Below, in pieces: positions 8,597 through 19,794 of a stretch of DNA of 64,000 nt. Numbering within the stretch: the first letter of the stretch is position 1; every line of letters begins with the position of its first letter. The stretch is from assembly GCA_963761305.1 (NCBI GenBank), contig CAVXGK010000002.1, positions 2,656,001 to 2,720,000 of the forward strand, read 5' to 3'. The stretch comes from an uncultured Gemmatimonadaceae bacterium (GTDB lineage Bacteria; Gemmatimonadota; Gemmatimonadetes; Gemmatimonadales; Gemmatimonadaceae). The notes under the pieces were generated by a model, which was not told where the DNA came from, did no database searches, and saw nothing but the letters and a program-made list of their open reading frames with translations. A program made the position numbers and the translations under genes.

Positions 8597-11110
8597 CTAC
8601 TCTTCGTCCGAACCGCCAACCACGGCCGGGTGCTCGGAGCCCTCGCCCGGCTCCTCGTCGTCGTCCGGAACGACGCGGGCGACGTCCATGACCAAGTCGT
8701 TCTCCTCGAGGTTGACGAGGCGAACGCCTTGCGTGTTGCGCCCGGCGACGCGGATGCCCTTCACCGGCATCCGGATGGCGACGCCCTGCTTCGTGATGAG
8801 CATCAGCTCGTCGTCCGGCAAAACTTCTTTGATCGAGACGGCGTCGCCGGTCTTGTCGGTGCGGTGGACGGTGATAATTCCCTTTCCACCCCGTTTCTGG
8901 ACTCGGTATTCATCGATGGGCGAACACTTGCCCATGCCCTTTTCGGTGACGACCAGCAGGTTCGCCTCGCGCTTGATCACGACCATCCCGATGAGGCGGT
9001 CGTCCTTGCTCAACTCGATGCCCTTCACGCCGGTCGTGTCGCGCCCCATCTCGCGCGCGTCCTGCTCGTGGAAGCGGATCGACAGCCCGTGCTGCGTGGC
9101 AAGCACGATGTCGTTCGTCCCGCTTGTCACCTGCACGTCGATCAGCTCGTCCCCGGCCTCGATCTTGATCGCCTTGATGCCCACCGTGCGCGGGTTCGAG
9201 TACTGCGAGAGCGACGTCTTCTTCACTGTGCCGAGCTTGGTGGCGAAGAGGAGGAACTGATCCTCGGGGAAGTCGCGCGTGGTGACGAGTGCCGAGACCT
9301 TCGTATCAGGTGACACGTTGATCATGTTGACGATCGGCTTGCCCTTAGCGGCGCGTCCGGCCTGCGGGATCTCGTGCACCTTGAGCCAGAAGCAGCGGCC
9401 GTCGTCGGTGAAGATCAGCACATAGTCGTGCGTCGACGCCACGAACAGGTGCTCGATGAAATCCTCGTCCTTGAGCGTCGCGCCATTGTTGCCGCGTCCG
9501 CCGCGTCGCTGCCGCTTGTACGTCGACGCCGACGTGCGCTTGATGTAGCCCGAGTGCGAGATGGTGACGACCATCTCCTCTTCGGCGATGAGGTCTTCGA
9601 TGGTGAACTCGCCCTCGTCGCTGGTGATCTCGGTGCGACGCTCGTCGCCGAACTTCTTCGCGACGTCGGTGAGCTCGTCCTTGAGCACCTTCATGCGTTT
9701 GTCCTTCGAGTCGAGGAGCGCGCGCAGGTCCTTGATGAGGGCGCGCACTTCCTTGAGCTCCTCTTCGAGCTTTTCGATCTCGAGGCCGGTGAGCTTGGCG
9801 AGGCGCATGTTGAGGATCGCCTCGGCCTGCCGCTCCGTGAGCTTGAAGCGTTTCTGGAGCTGCGTGCTGGCGGCCGGCGTGTCCGACGCGGCGCGAATGA
9901 CCTTGATGACCGCGTCGATGTTGTCGACCGCGATCTTGAGGCCGTCGAGGATGTGCTCGCGCTCGAGCGCCTTGTCGAGATCGAACTGCGTGCGTCGGAC
10001 GATGACTTCGTGGCGGTGCGCGATGTAGTGCTCGAGGCATTCCTTGAGCGACATCACCTTCGGCACGAGGCTGCCCGTCGTCGCGTCGGGCACCAGCGCG
10101 AGCATGATCACGCCGAACGTCGCCTGCATCGCGGTGTGCTTGTAGAGCTGATTGAGCACCACTCGCGGGATGGCATCGCGCTTGAGCTCGATCACCAACC
10201 GCACGCCGTCACGATCCGATTCGTTTCTCAGATCGCTGATGCCCTCCAGCTTCTTGTCGCGAATCAGGTCGGCAATGTTGGCGACGAGGCGGTCCGGGTT
10301 GACCTGATACGGCACTTCGGTGATGACGATCTGCGCCTTGTTCGACGATTCCTTCTCTTCGATCACCGCGCGCGCGCGCATCACGATGCGCCCGCGTCCC
10401 GTCTCCTGATAATCCTTGATTCCCGCGCGGCCGTAGATGTACGCGCCGGTCGGGAAGTCCGGACCCTTGATGAGCTTTCTGATGTCGGCGAACGACGCGT
10501 CGGGATCGTCGATCAGCAGCGTGATCGCGTTGATGACCTCGCGCAGATTGTGCGGAGGAATGTTCGTCGCCATGCCGACGGCGATGCCCGACGATCCGTT
10601 GACGATGAGGTTCGGCACGCCCGCGGGGAGAACGGTCGGCTCTTCATCGTGGTCGTCAAAGTTCGGCGTGAAGTTGACCGTCGCCTTGTCGATGTCGGCG
10701 ACCATCTCCAACGCGATCGGCATGAGCCGCGCTTCGGTGTACCGGTACGCCGCCGGCGGATCGCCGTCGACCGATCCGAAGTTTCCCTGCCCGTCGATGA
10801 GCGGATAGCGCAGCGAGAAATCCTGCACCATGCGCACGAGCGCGTCGTACACCGAGCTGTCGCCGTGCGGGTGATACTTGCCCAGCACGTCGCCGACGAC
10901 GGTCGCGGATTTCTTGTACGGACGTCCCGGCACGAGCCCCGTGTCGAACATCGAGTACAGCACGCGCCGATGCACCGGTTTCAATCCGTCGCGCACGTCG
11001 GGCAGCGCGCGCGACACGATGACGCTCATCGAGTAGTTGATGAACGACTCTTTGATTTCGTCGTCGATCAGGCGCGGAAGAATGCGTTCGCGATTGTTCG
11101 GAGCGGTCAT
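8597..11110 (-). CDS. gyrA: DNA gyrase subunit A
   Basis: [32 protein letters not shown] (catalytic Tyr), GyrA-box QRRGGRG and pinwheel repeats. Confidence 0.97.
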   Translation of the reverse strand: MTAPNNRERILPRLIDDEIKESFINYSMSVIVSRALPDVRDGLKPVHRRVLYSMFDTGLVPGRPYKKSATVVGDVLGKYHPHGDSSVYDALVRMVQDFSLRYPLIDGQGNFGSVDGDPPAAYRYTEARLMPIALEMVADIDKATVNFTPNFDDHDEEPTVLPAGVPNLIVNGSSGIAVGMATNIPPHNLREVINAITLLIDDPDASFADIRKLIKGPDFPTGAYIYGRAGIKDYQETGRGRIVMRARAVIEEKESSNKAQIVITEVPYQVNPDRLVANIADLIRDKKLEGISDLRNESDRDGVRLVIELKRDAIPRVVLNQLYKHTAMQATFGVIMLALVPDATTGSLVPKVMSLKECLEHYIAHRHEVIVRRTQFDLDKALEREHILDGLKIAVDNIDAVIKVIRAASDTPAASTQLQKRFKLTERQAEAILNMRLAKLTGLEIEKLEEELKEVRALIKDLRALLDSKDKRMKVLKDELTDVAKKFGDERRTEITSDEGEFTIEDLIAEEEMVVTISHSGYIKRTSASTYKRQRRGGRGNNGATLKDEDFIEHLFVASTHDYVLIFTDDGRCFWLKVHEIPQAGRAAKGKPIVNMINVSPDTKVSALVTTRDFPEDQFLLFATKLGTVKKTSLSQYSNPRTVGIKAIKIEAGDELIDVQVTSGTNDIVLATQHGLSIRFHEQDAREMGRDTTGVKGIELSKDDRLIGMVVIKREANLLVVTEKGMGKCSPIDEYRVQKRGGKGIITVHRTDKTGDAVSIKEVLPDDELMLITKQGVAIRMPVKGIRVAGRNTQGVRLVNLEENDLVMDVARVVPDDDEEPGEGSEHPAVVGGSDEE

Positions 11111-11319
11111 GGAAAACCGGGTGGCCGATAGGCGGTTTCGACCGTCGCACCGAGCGGCGACGGCGTGTTTTCAGGGGCGTTTTGCGAGACCCTGAAAGGT
11201 ACCCGAACACCCAGCGAAAATCAACGCGCGGCCTGTCTGGTAACGCCTTAACTCACAACGGGTTACAGCATCACGCGCCGAGCCACCCGAGGTCTTCCGC
11301 GCACTCCGGCGCTATCGAG

Positions 11320-12132
11320 TCAGCCCTTCGGTTCGCTCGGCGGAACTGCCTGGTTCACCTGCGGCGTTTTCCGGGCGCGCTCGGCCGCTTCCTCGGCGCG
11401 AATCTCGGCTTCGCCTTCGGCGTTCTCTTCGCGCTCGCGCTCGATCGCTTCCGCACGCTCGCGACGATATCGGTTGTACCACTCGCGCGTGATCTCCGCG
11501 GCGAGGTCGCGATTGCCGAGTCCGAATGCGAGAGCGAGCGCGAATGCGATCGCGCCGAACAAAATCGCGAATGCCGTGGTGACGATGTCCGTGGCGATGC
11601 CGAGCTGCTGCAGCGCCATGAAGATCGCGAGCACGATCACGCCGCCGCGGCCCAGTCGGGCGAGCGCTCGCCCGCCGTGCACCGCGCCTGCCGACGCCGC
11701 GATCAAGCCGCCGACGAATCCGCCGAGCACGATGCCGACGAGGATGATCACGATCGCGGCGATCACGCTCGGGATGTAGCTCACGAGCGTCGACACCACG
11801 TTCGCCAGCGAATCGAGTCCGAGCGCGTTCGCGGCGAGCAGGATCACCGTGAACATCACGAGCCAGAACACGAGATTCGCTAGCACGCGCACGGGATTCA
11901 CGTGCGTACCCGACCGCTCGACGGCCTGGATCACGCCGCCGCGCACGAGCATTTGGTTGAGACGAATCTTGCGCAGGCCCTTCTCGACGGCCTTCTCCAA
12001 CAGCTTCGCCAGCAAATAGCCGGCGAACAGAATGACCAACGCGCCGAGCATCGCGGGCAACGTCCGCCCGAGAAGGTCGGTCACGGCGCCGTGGAGACGG
12101 TCGCCGAGGTTCGAGGTGTCTGGCTGTTGCAT
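11320..12132 (-). CDS. Conserved TM-helix membrane protein (MscS-associated/CmpX-like)
   Basis: Repeated hydrophobic segments LPAMLGALVILFAGY and YIPSVIAAIVIILVG; ALALAFGLG motif; charged C-terminal tail. Confidence 0.75.
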   Translation of the reverse strand: MQQPDTSNLGDRLHGAVTDLLGRTLPAMLGALVILFAGYLLAKLLEKAVEKGLRKIRLNQMLVRGGVIQAVERSGTHVNPVRVLANLVFWLVMFTVILLAANALGLDSLANVVSTLVSYIPSVIAAIVIILVGIVLGGFVGGLIAASAGAVHGGRALARLGRGGVIVLAIFMALQQLGIATDIVTTAFAILFGAIAFALALAFGLGNRDLAAEITREWYNRYRRERAEAIEREREENAEGEAEIRAEEAAERARKTPQVNQAVPPSEPKG

Positions 12133-12245
12133 GTAGGGCCGCCTCCAATCTACCGGGACCGGACTCGGGCGTCACGCAATCGGGGAGACAGCTGGGCGGC
12201 TAGGCGGCTGCATAGAATACGACGACCGCCTGTCGACGGCAGCGC

Positions 12246-12473
12246 TCAGTTTCGCGTTCCGCGCTTCACGTCGAATAGCACGCTGCGCCGGCATTCCGGG
12301 CAGATCAGCCACTCGCGGTTTCGGGCGTACCCCAGGCCGAAGGACCCGCCGCCGATCTTGCGCGTCGTCATGGTAGCGCCGTCTCGAGGACAGACGAGCG
12401 GTTCGCCGGCGGCAAAGCGCGCGCGGAGTCCGCGTTCCTCGTCGGGGTCGTACCGCGCCGACGCGTCGGTCAC
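12246..12473 (-). CDS. Small zinc-ribbon protein (75 aa)
   Basis: GTG start overlaps the upstream stop (GTGA). CPRD...CPEC motif pair. Confidence 0.65.
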   Translation of the reverse strand: MTDASARYDPDEERGLRARFAAGEPLVCPRDGATMTTRKIGGGSFGLGYARNREWLICPECRRSVLFDVKRGTRN

Positions 12474-13507
12474 GAGACGCGGACCACGACCTTGCCGAAG
12501 CGCGCCGGATCGGCCTGCCGCTCGAACGCGGCGCGTCCCTGCTCGAGCGGAAACTCGCTGTCGATCACCGGCAGCAGCCGCCCGGCGCGCAACTCGCCGA
12601 CGACCGCGTCGAACTCGGCGTCGTTCCCCATCGTCGATCCGAGAATCGACCACTGATTCCAGAACAATCGGCGGACGTCGGTCTCGACGATCGGGCCGGA
12701 TGTCGCGCCGCACGTGACGAGGCGGCCCCGCCGTCCGAGCGCGACGAGCGACGAGCTCCACGACGCCTTGCCGACGTTGTCGATCACGACCTCCACGCCG
12801 CGCTTCGCCGTGCGGTCGCGGACCACTTTGCCGACGTCGAGGCGTTCGTGGTTGAGCAGCTCGTCGGCGCCGAGGCCCGCCGCGCGCTCCAGCTTGTCGT
12901 CGCTCGACGACACGGCCCACACCCGAGCCCCGATCTGCTTGCAGAGCTGCAGGGCCGCGAGCGCGACGCCGCCGCTGATGCCCCAGATCAACACGTTCTC
13001 GCCCGACTGCACGCGTGCGCGCGTCACGACCATGCGCCACGCCGTGAGCGCCGCCAGGACGAACGCGCCGGCGTGCGGCGGCGAGATCGTCGGTGGCACG
13101 GTTCGGACGTTGGCCTCGGGAACGACGACGAGTTCGGCGAGCGTGCCGGGATGATGTTCGCCAAGCAAGCCGAACCGCGGGCAGAGCGGCTGCTCGCCTT
13201 CGCGACAGTACTCGCATGTGCGATCGCTCAACCCCGCGTTCACGACCACGTGATCGCCCGGAATGACCGACTTGACCTCGTCGCCGACCGACTCGACGAC
13301 GCCGTACGCGTCGGCGCCCAGGATCCATGGCGGCTTGATCGTCACACCGGGCAGCCCGGCGACCACGAAGAGATCGAGATGGTTGAGCGCGGCCGTGCGC
13401 ACGCGAATCCGCACGTCGGTCGGCGTTCGAATCTCGGGCGCGGCGACGTCGTCGCGCACCTCGAGTCGATCGAGCCCACCGTGTGCCGAGATCGTGAGTG
13501 CGCGCAT
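12470..13507 (-). CDS. Zinc-binding (MDR family) dehydrogenase / quinone oxidoreductase
   Basis: ALNHLD, ILGADAYG, CEYC...C structural site, WGISGGVA nucleotide-binding loop, FGKVVV. Confidence 0.9.
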   Translation of the reverse strand: MRALTISAHGGLDRLEVRDDVAAPEIRTPTDVRIRVRTAALNHLDLFVVAGLPGVTIKPPWILGADAYGVVESVGDEVKSVIPGDHVVVNAGLSDRTCEYCREGEQPLCPRFGLLGEHHPGTLAELVVVPEANVRTVPPTISPPHAGAFVLAALTAWRMVVTRARVQSGENVLIWGISGGVALAALQLCKQIGARVWAVSSSDDKLERAAGLGADELLNHERLDVGKVVRDRTAKRGVEVVIDNVGKASWSSSLVALGRRGRLVTCGATSGPIVETDVRRLFWNQWSILGSTMGNDAEFDAVVGELRAGRLLPVIDSEFPLEQGRAAFERQADPARFGKVVVRVS

Positions 13508-13575
13508 AGTGGTTTGTTGGACGGCGTTATATTCAAGCCGTCCGTCAAGTTAGTCCACCGTCCCGTGCGCACTGC

Positions 13576-14883
13576 ATGACCGCCATCAAAGTTCCCCCGC
13601 TTGGTGAATCGATCACCGAAGCGACTGTATCGCGCTGGTTGAAAAACGAGGGCGATTCGGTCGCGGTCGGGGAGACGCTCGTCGAACTCGACACGGACAA
13701 GATTACGGTCGAAGTTCCAGCGATGATGGCCGGCGTGCTGACGAAGCGAGCCCACGCCGAAGGCGACGTCGTGAAGGTGGACGACCTCCTCGCCGAGGTG
13801 GATGAGAACGCCGCTCCGACCGCGGGAGCAGCGCCAACTGCCGCTTCGCCGACGAAAGCGCCCACCCCGCCGCCCGCTCCGGCTCCAAGCGCTCCCGCCC
13901 AAAAGGCGGCGCCACCGAGTCCGGCGTCACCGCCGCCGCCTCCGCGTGCCGAGGACGTCCGCGTTTCGCCAGCGGCGCAACGCGTTGCCGCGGAGCGCGG
14001 GATCGACGTCGGGACGGTTCAGGGCACGGGGCGCGGTGGCGTGGTCAGCAAGCCGGACGTGATCGCCCGCGCCGAGCAACCGCCGCCGGCCACGCCGCGA
14101 CAGCAGCCGGTGCAGCAGCCGCAGGTAAACGTCATTCGGCCGATGGCGCCGAGCGCTGTCACGCCGACCGACGGGCGCGCGGCCGGTCAGCGTGAGACGC
14201 GCGAGAAGATGACGACGCGCCGCAAGCGCATCGCCGAGAATCTGCTCGAGTCGCAACACGCGACGGCGCACCTGACGACGTTCAACGAGATCGACATGTC
14301 GGCCGTGATCGGCGTGCGCGAGCGGCTCAAGGAGCGCGTCGAGAAGGAGCACGGCGTCAAGCTCTCGTTCATGCCGTTCTTCGTGAAGGCAGCGTGCATC
14401 GCGCTCGAACAGTTCCCGACCGTGAACGCGCTGGTGGACGGCGACACGATCGTCTATCGCCACTACGTGAACATGGGGATCGCCGTCGCGGTCGACTCGG
14501 GGCTCGTCGTGCCGAACATCAAGGACGCCGATCGCAGAACCATGATCGAGGTATCGCGCGAGATCGGCGAGCTGGCGAAGCGCGCGCGCGACACGAAGCT
14601 CACGATGGACGACCTCACCGGCGGCACGTTCACGATCACCAATGGCGGCGTGTTCGGCTCGCTCGTCTCGACGCCGATCATCAACTATCCGCAGGTGGCG
14701 ATTCTCGGTCTCCACAAAACGCAGGATCGCCCCGTGGCGATCGCCGGCAAGGTCGAGATCCGGCCGATGATGTACGTCGCGCTCTCGTACGACCACCGGA
14801 TCATCGACGGACAGCACGCGGTGCTGTTCCTCGTGCGCGTGAAGGAGCTGATGGAAGATCCGGCTTCGATGCTCGTGGGCTGA
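13576..14883 (+). CDS. sucB: 2-oxoglutarate dehydrogenase E2 (dihydrolipoamide succinyltransferase)
   Basis: Lipoyl domain [10 protein letters not shown]...[10 protein letters not shown]3-binding domain [39 protein letters not shown]. Confidence 0.92.
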   Translation: MTAIKVPPLGESITEATVSRWLKNEGDSVAVGETLVELDTDKITVEVPAMMAGVLTKRAHAEGDVVKVDDLLAEVDENAAPTAGAAPTAASPTKAPTPPPAPAPSAPAQKAAPPSPASPPPPPRAEDVRVSPAAQRVAAERGIDVGTVQGTGRGGVVSKPDVIARAEQPPPATPRQQPVQQPQVNVIRPMAPSAVTPTDGRAAGQRETREKMTTRRKRIAENLLESQHATAHLTTFNEIDMSAVIGVRERLKERVEKEHGVKLSFMPFFVKAACIALEQFPTVNALVDGDTIVYRHYVNMGIAVAVDSGLVVPNIKDADRRTMIEVSREIGELAKRARDTKLTMDDLTGGTFTITNGGVFGSLVSTPIINYPQVAILGLHKTQDRPVAIAGKVEIRPMMYVALSYDHRIIDGQHAVLFLVRVKELMEDPASMLVG

Positions 14884-14906
14884 GCACAATGGGAGCGTCA
14901 TCGAAC

Positions 14907-16340
14907 ATGACTGCGGCCGGCACGACGCCCGCGGATGTCGTCATCATCGGTGGCGGTCCCGGCGGCTACACCGCCGCGATTCGCGCCGCCCAGCTTGGGC
15001 TCTCCACCGTCTGCGTCGAGATGGACAAGACGCTCGGCGGAACGTGCGTGAACGTCGGGTGCATTCCGTCGAAGGCGCTGCTCACGTCGACGGAGCACTA
15101 CGATTTCATGAAGCACGCCGCGGCGGCGCATGGGATCGGCGTCGGTGACCTGACGCTCGATCTCCCGACGATGCTCGGCCGCAAGGACGAGGTCGTGCGG
15201 CAGAACACGCGCGGCATCGAATTCCTGTTCCGGAAGAACAAGATCACCTGGGCGAAAGGGCGCGGCGTGCTGCGGCCGGGGAATCTGGTGGAGGTCGAAG
15301 CGGTCGGCGGAGCGGGGGGCCCCCCCGCTGAAAAAATCGCCGAGTATCAGGCGAAGAGCGTCATCATTGCGACCGGCTCCGTACCAATCGAGCTCCCGTT
15401 CCTGAAATTCGACGAGACGCGGATCCTCTCGAACGTCGGCGCCCTCATCATCCCCAAGGTCCCCGAGCACCTCATCGTCGTCGGCGGCGGCGTGATCGGA
15501 CTCGAGCTCGGCTCCGTCTGGCGCCGGCTCGGCGCAAAGGTCACCGTCGTCGAGCTCATGCCGACGATTCTGCCCGGCATGGACGACGACGTGATCAAGG
15601 AAGCCGACCGCGTCCTGCGCAAACAGGGCCTCGACATCCGCACGAACACGAAGGTCGTGAACGGCGGCCTCACCGACGCCGGTGTGTTCATCGAGATTGA
15701 GCGCGACGGAGCGCGCGAGCGCATCGAGGGCGATCACGTGCTCGTCTCCGTCGGCCGCCGACCGTCGACGAACGGAATCGACGCCAAGGCGCTGGGCCTC
15801 GAGATCGGCAAACGCGGCGAGATTCTCGTCGACGATCAGATGCGAACAAACCTGCCCAACGTTTACGCGATCGGCGACTGCGTGCCGGGGCTGATGCTCG
15901 CCCACAAGGCCGAGCACGAGGGCGTCGTCGCGGCGGAAGTCATCGCCGGACAGCCGTCTCACATGCACTACAAGGCGATTCCCAACGTGGTCTACACGTG
16001 GCCCGAGATCGCCGCCGTCGGCCTCACCGAACGCCAGGTCAAAGAGAGCGGCCGTGAGTACCGCACCGGCAAGTTCCCCTTCTCCGCCAACGGCCGAGCG
16101 CGGTCGATGGGCGAGTCTAACGGATTTGTAAAGTTCGTGGCTGACGCCAAGACCGACGAGCTGCTCGGCGCGCACATGGTGGGACCAAACGTCTCCGAGC
16201 TCATCGGCGAGGTGGTTCTGGGCTTCGAGTACCGGGCGTCGTCGGAAGACATCGGCGTCACGATGCACGCCCATCCAACCCTTTCCGAGGTCACGAAGGA
16301 AGCGGCGCTTGCGACGCTGGGGCGCGCGTTGCAGATCTGA
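14907..16340 (+). CDS. lpdA: Dihydrolipoamide dehydrogenase (E3)
   Basis: GGGPGGY, GGTCVNVGCIPSK redox disulfide, GGGVIGLE, HAHPTLSE. Alternative ATG at 14889. Confidence 0.96.
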   Translation: MTAAGTTPADVVIIGGGPGGYTAAIRAAQLGLSTVCVEMDKTLGGTCVNVGCIPSKALLTSTEHYDFMKHAAAAHGIGVGDLTLDLPTMLGRKDEVVRQNTRGIEFLFRKNKITWAKGRGVLRPGNLVEVEAVGGAGGPPAEKIAEYQAKSVIIATGSVPIELPFLKFDETRILSNVGALIIPKVPEHLIVVGGGVIGLELGSVWRRLGAKVTVVELMPTILPGMDDDVIKEADRVLRKQGLDIRTNTKVVNGGLTDAGVFIEIERDGARERIEGDHVLVSVGRRPSTNGIDAKALGLEIGKRGEILVDDQMRTNLPNVYAIGDCVPGLMLAHKAEHEGVVAAEVIAGQPSHMHYKAIPNVVYTWPEIAAVGLTERQVKESGREYRTGKFPFSANGRARSMGESNGFVKFVADAKTDELLGAHMVGPNVSELIGEVVLGFEYRASSEDIGVTMHAHPTLSEVTKEAALATLGRALQI

Positions 16341-16344
16341 GGTT

Positions 16345-16827
16345 GTGACCGGCTACTTCGCGCTCGCTCCGCGCCCGCTGCAACCCGAGGACTCGCAGGG
16401 CACTCGGAACCTGCTCATGGGGGCGCTCGGCGTCACGCCGTACATCGACCGGGCCATCGAGGTTCTCGCGCTCGCCGAGCGCGGACACGACCCGGAGCAC
16501 AAGGCGCTCGTCATCGCTCGCGACGGAACGGTCGCCGGACTCGCGCTCTTCGGTCCGATCGCCGGCACCGCGCACGGAATGCGGTTGCACGTCGCCGTAC
16601 TGGCGCCCGGCGTGGACGCCGAGGACGTGGGCGACCGGCTGTTGAGCGCCGTCGCCGACGCGGCACGCGCCGACGGTGCGACGTACTTGCTCGCCGAGCT
16701 CCCCGACGATCCCGCGCTCGGAACCGTCGTGTCGCTGCTCAAGCACCACGGCTTCAAGCAGGAAGCACGCATCCCCGATTTCTATCGCGACGGCGTCGCG
16801 CTGACGTTGTCCCGCCTGGCGCTGTGA
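16345..16827 (+). CDS. GNAT-fold protein with degenerate acetyl-CoA-binding loop
   Basis: GTG start just after the lpdA stop. C-terminal HHGFKQEARIPDFYRDG is typical of GNATs. Confidence 0.6.
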   Translation: MTGYFALAPRPLQPEDSQGTRNLLMGALGVTPYIDRAIEVLALAERGHDPEHKALVIARDGTVAGLALFGPIAGTAHGMRLHVAVLAPGVDAEDVGDRLLSAVADAARADGATYLLAELPDDPALGTVVSLLKHHGFKQEARIPDFYRDGVALTLSRLAL

Positions 16828-18539
16828 CTCTCCAAACGAAAATGAGATCGATCATAATCTCCGTCGCCGCGATGGCGACCCTGTCGGCGTGCACCCATCC
16901 GACCACGAATCCCGCTCCGGCATCCGTCGAACGATTCGACGTCGTCATCGAGAACGGACGAATCGTCGACGGCACGGGTGCCGCGTGGTTCTACGGCGAC
17001 GTCGGGATTCGCGGCGACCGCATCGCCGCCGTGACGCCGCGCGGGCTTCTGCACGGCGCACCGGCCACGGCGCGCGTCGACGCGCGCAACATGGTCGTCG
17101 CCCCGGGCTTCATCGACATCCAGGATCAATCGGGCGGACAATTATTGCTCGGAGACGGGCGGCAGCTCGGCAAGATCACGCAGGGCGTGACGACGGGAAT
17201 CCTCGGCGAAGGTTCGACGCCCGCGCCGCTCAATCCGGCGAACCTGCCTCCCGACGCGAGCGAGCTGTTGCGCCGCTTCGCGCAGCCGCACGGCTTCGAC
17301 GCGTGGCTCAGCGCGATGCAGGCGCACGGCATCTCGCAGAACGTCGGGTCGTTCATCGGCGCCGGCACGATTCGCCAGTACGGCATGGCCGAGCGCATGG
17401 GCGCCGCGACCGGCGCCGCGCTCGATTCGATGCGCGCCGCCGTGCGTCGCGGCATGGAGGACGGCGCGTTCGGTCTCGCCAGCGCGCTGATCTATCCGCC
17501 CAACACGTACGCGTCGACCGAAGAGCTGGTCGAAGAGTCGAAAGCGATGGCGCCGTACGGCGGCGTCTACATCACGCACATGCGGTCGGAAGCGGATCAT
17601 CTGCTCGAAGCAGTCGACGAGGTCGTTCGCATCTCGCGCGAGGGCGGTGTCCCCGGCGAGATCTACCACCTCAAAGCGGCCGGCACGCGGAATTGGAGCA
17701 AGGAAGCGCCGATGATCGCCAAGATCGACTCGGCGCGCGCCGCCGGCGTCGACGTGCAGGCGGACATGTATCCCTACACCGCCGGCGCCACCGGACTCAC
17801 ATCGTGTCTTCCGCCCCCGTTCTCCGCCGAGGGCAAGCTCTACGAGAACCTCGCCAGCCAGGACATTCGCGTGAAGATCCGCGAAGAGGTCGCCCACCCG
17901 ACGAGCGATTGGGAGAACCTGTGCGAGCTCGCGACGCCTGAGAACGTTCTGATCACGAATCTCAGAAAGCCTGAGAATCAGCCGTACATCGGCAAGCGGC
18001 TGGCGGAGATCGCGCGGATGAAGAACGAGACCTATCTCGACGCCGCGATGGATTTGATCCTGAGCGAGCACAATCGCGTCGAGACGACGTACTTCCTCAT
18101 GAGCGAGGACAACGTCAAGCTGCAGCTGCGGCAGCCGTGGATGAAGTTCGGCACGGACGCCGGCGGACCGGATCCCGACAGCGTGCGCGCGCTCGTCCAT
18201 CCGCGCACGTTCGGCAACTATCCGCGCATCCTCGGCCTCTACGTGCGTGACGAGAAAGTGATCCCGCTCGAGGACGCGATTCGCAAAATGACGTCCGCGG
18301 TGGCGACGCGGCTCTCGATCCCCGATCGCGGTTTGCTGAAGCCCGGGATGTACGCCGACGTCGTCGTGTTCGATCCGGCGACGATCGCCGATCGCGCCAC
18401 GTACGAACAGCCGAAGCAGCTTTCGGTCGGCGTGCGCGACGTATGGGTGAACGGCGTCCAGGTATTGCGCGATGGAAAGCACACAGGCGCCACGCCCGGG
18501 CGCGCGTTGCGCGGCCCGGGCTACCGGACGGCGCGCTAG
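16824..18539 (+). CDS. N-acyl-D-amino-acid deacylase (amidohydrolase family), predicted lipoprotein
   Basis: LSAC lipobox; GRIVDGTG, APGFID, THMRSE, YHLK, HPRTFGNYPR, ADVVVFD. The start may be the ATG at 16842. Confidence 0.88.
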   Translation: MTLQTKMRSIIISVAAMATLSACTHPTTNPAPASVERFDVVIENGRIVDGTGAAWFYGDVGIRGDRIAAVTPRGLLHGAPATARVDARNMVVAPGFIDIQDQSGGQLLLGDGRQLGKITQGVTTGILGEGSTPAPLNPANLPPDASELLRRFAQPHGFDAWLSAMQAHGISQNVGSFIGAGTIRQYGMAERMGAATGAALDSMRAAVRRGMEDGAFGLASALIYPPNTYASTEELVEESKAMAPYGGVYITHMRSEADHLLEAVDEVVRISREGGVPGEIYHLKAAGTRNWSKEAPMIAKIDSARAAGVDVQADMYPYTAGATGLTSCLPPPFSAEGKLYENLASQDIRVKIREEVAHPTSDWENLCELATPENVLITNLRKPENQPYIGKRLAEIARMKNETYLDAAMDLILSEHNRVETTYFLMSEDNVKLQLRQPWMKFGTDAGGPDPDSVRALVHPRTFGNYPRILGLYVRDEKVIPLEDAIRKMTSAVATRLSIPDRGLLKPGMYADVVVFDPATIADRATYEQPKQLSVGVRDVWVNGVQVLRDGKHTGATPGRALRGPGYRTAR

Positions 18540-19075
18540 CGGAGGGCCACCGCCGCCTTCGTGCGGTCGAGCAACGTCTGCTCGAGATGGCCCGTGGTGC
18601 CGCACGGGATCCGGTCCGAGCTGTCGCCGCTCAGGTCCTGGCCCAACGCGGAGAACGTCATCTGCACGAGGGTTCCACCCTTGTCGTCGGCCCTGATGTC
18701 GGTGAGAAGCGACATGTAGATGCGGTAGCTCGCCGCCTTCGCGCCGATCATCCCGGATCCGCAGTCGACGAACAACGTCATCGACTCACCGCCCAGCTCA
18801 CGGGATTTGTAGAAATTCTGATTGCCCATCTGGTGGCCGCTCGGATTCTCGAACGTGACCGGAATGCCGAGCGACGCGTAGGCCTGCTTGGCGGCGGCCC
18901 ACACGACGGTGACCGGGGCCGCGATGTTCATCATCGACGCGCGCGGCTTGTCGGCGTCGAGTCGCGCGGTGGAGGCGTCGCCCGCATAGATGGTCGCCTG
19001 CTTCGGCGTATAGGTCTCGCCGGAATTTCCGCTCGCACAGCCAGCCAGGAGCAGGAGTAATGCGACACGACGCAT
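18536..19075 (-). CDS. Hypothetical lipoprotein
   Basis: MRRVALLLLLAGC lipobox. Mature part has paired cysteines (DCG...PCGTTG). Confidence 0.7.
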   Translation of the reverse strand: MRRVALLLLLAGCASGNSGETYTPKQATIYAGDASTARLDADKPRASMMNIAAPVTVVWAAAKQAYASLGIPVTFENPSGHQMGNQNFYKSRELGGESMTLFVDCGSGMIGAKAASYRIYMSLLTDIRADDKGGTLVQMTFSALGQDLSGDSSDRIPCGTTGHLEQTLLDRTKAAVALR

Positions 19076-19140
19076 GAGGATCCTCGCCAGGTTCGAGGTG
19101 TGAACAAACAACTTGTCGTACCGCGCAACGCCTGAAAAGG

Positions 19141-19794
19141 TCAGCGCCGGGAGCTCAGGATGCCCGTGGCGATGGGGAGGATAGCGCGGGCCCACTGAAG
19201 GTACATCGCCGCCGACGGATGCAGACCGTCTCCAGCCACCAAAGTGCGGTCGCCGCCGGCGAGGCGCGAGAGACCGGTGATGTCCACGTAGTGCGCGCCG
19301 GCGGCGGTCGCCTCGTCGCGATTCACCGTATTGAACGCGTCGACGTCGGCGGCAATCTTGTGGCGATCGCGCCCCTGCGCGTGCGGCGTGACCCCCCAGT
19401 CGGGAATCGAGATCACGATAACCGACCTCGGCCGCTTCCCGGCGTGCGTCAACGCGCGATTCAGCGCAAGATGGAACTGCGACCTGTATTCGCCGGTGGA
19501 CCGGCCACGATATTGGTCGTTCACGCCGATGAGCAGCGTGACCAGGTCGAACGGGCCGCGCGGCCGCGCGTCGTCGATCGCCACGCTCAGCTCGCGCGTT
19601 GTCCATCCGGTGCGCGCGATGATCACCGGGTCGTCGACGTCGATGCCGCTCGAGCGAAGCATGCCGGCGAGCCCCACCGGCCAACGATCGTCCGACGAGA
19701 CCGATTCGCCGATCGTATAGGAATCTCCCAACGACAACATCCGCAACCGCGCGAGCGAGTCACTCCGGCTTCGGTTCGGCGCCGCGTGCGTCAT
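19141..19794 (-). CDS. SGNH/GDSL hydrolase
   Basis: LGDSYT, ARTGWTT, LIGVND and DGLHPS blocks. Confidence 0.92.
   Translation of the reverse strand: MTHAAPNRSRSDSLARLRMLSLGDSYTIGESVSSDDRWPVGLAGMLRSSGIDVDDPVIIARTGWTTRELSVAIDDARPRGPFDLVTLLIGVNDQYRGRSTGEYRSQFHLALNRALTHAGKRPRSVIVISIPDWGVTPHAQGRDRHKIAADVDAFNTVNRDEATAAGAHYVDITGLSRLAGGDRTLVAGDGLHPSAAMYLQWARAILPIATGILSSRR

Noticed and set aside
11239..11267. Imperfect palindrome GTAAC...GTTAC upstream of gyrA as a dif or att site
   Set aside because: It is short and imperfect, without a convincing XerD arm (TTATGTTAAAT-like), and no recombinase gene is nearby.
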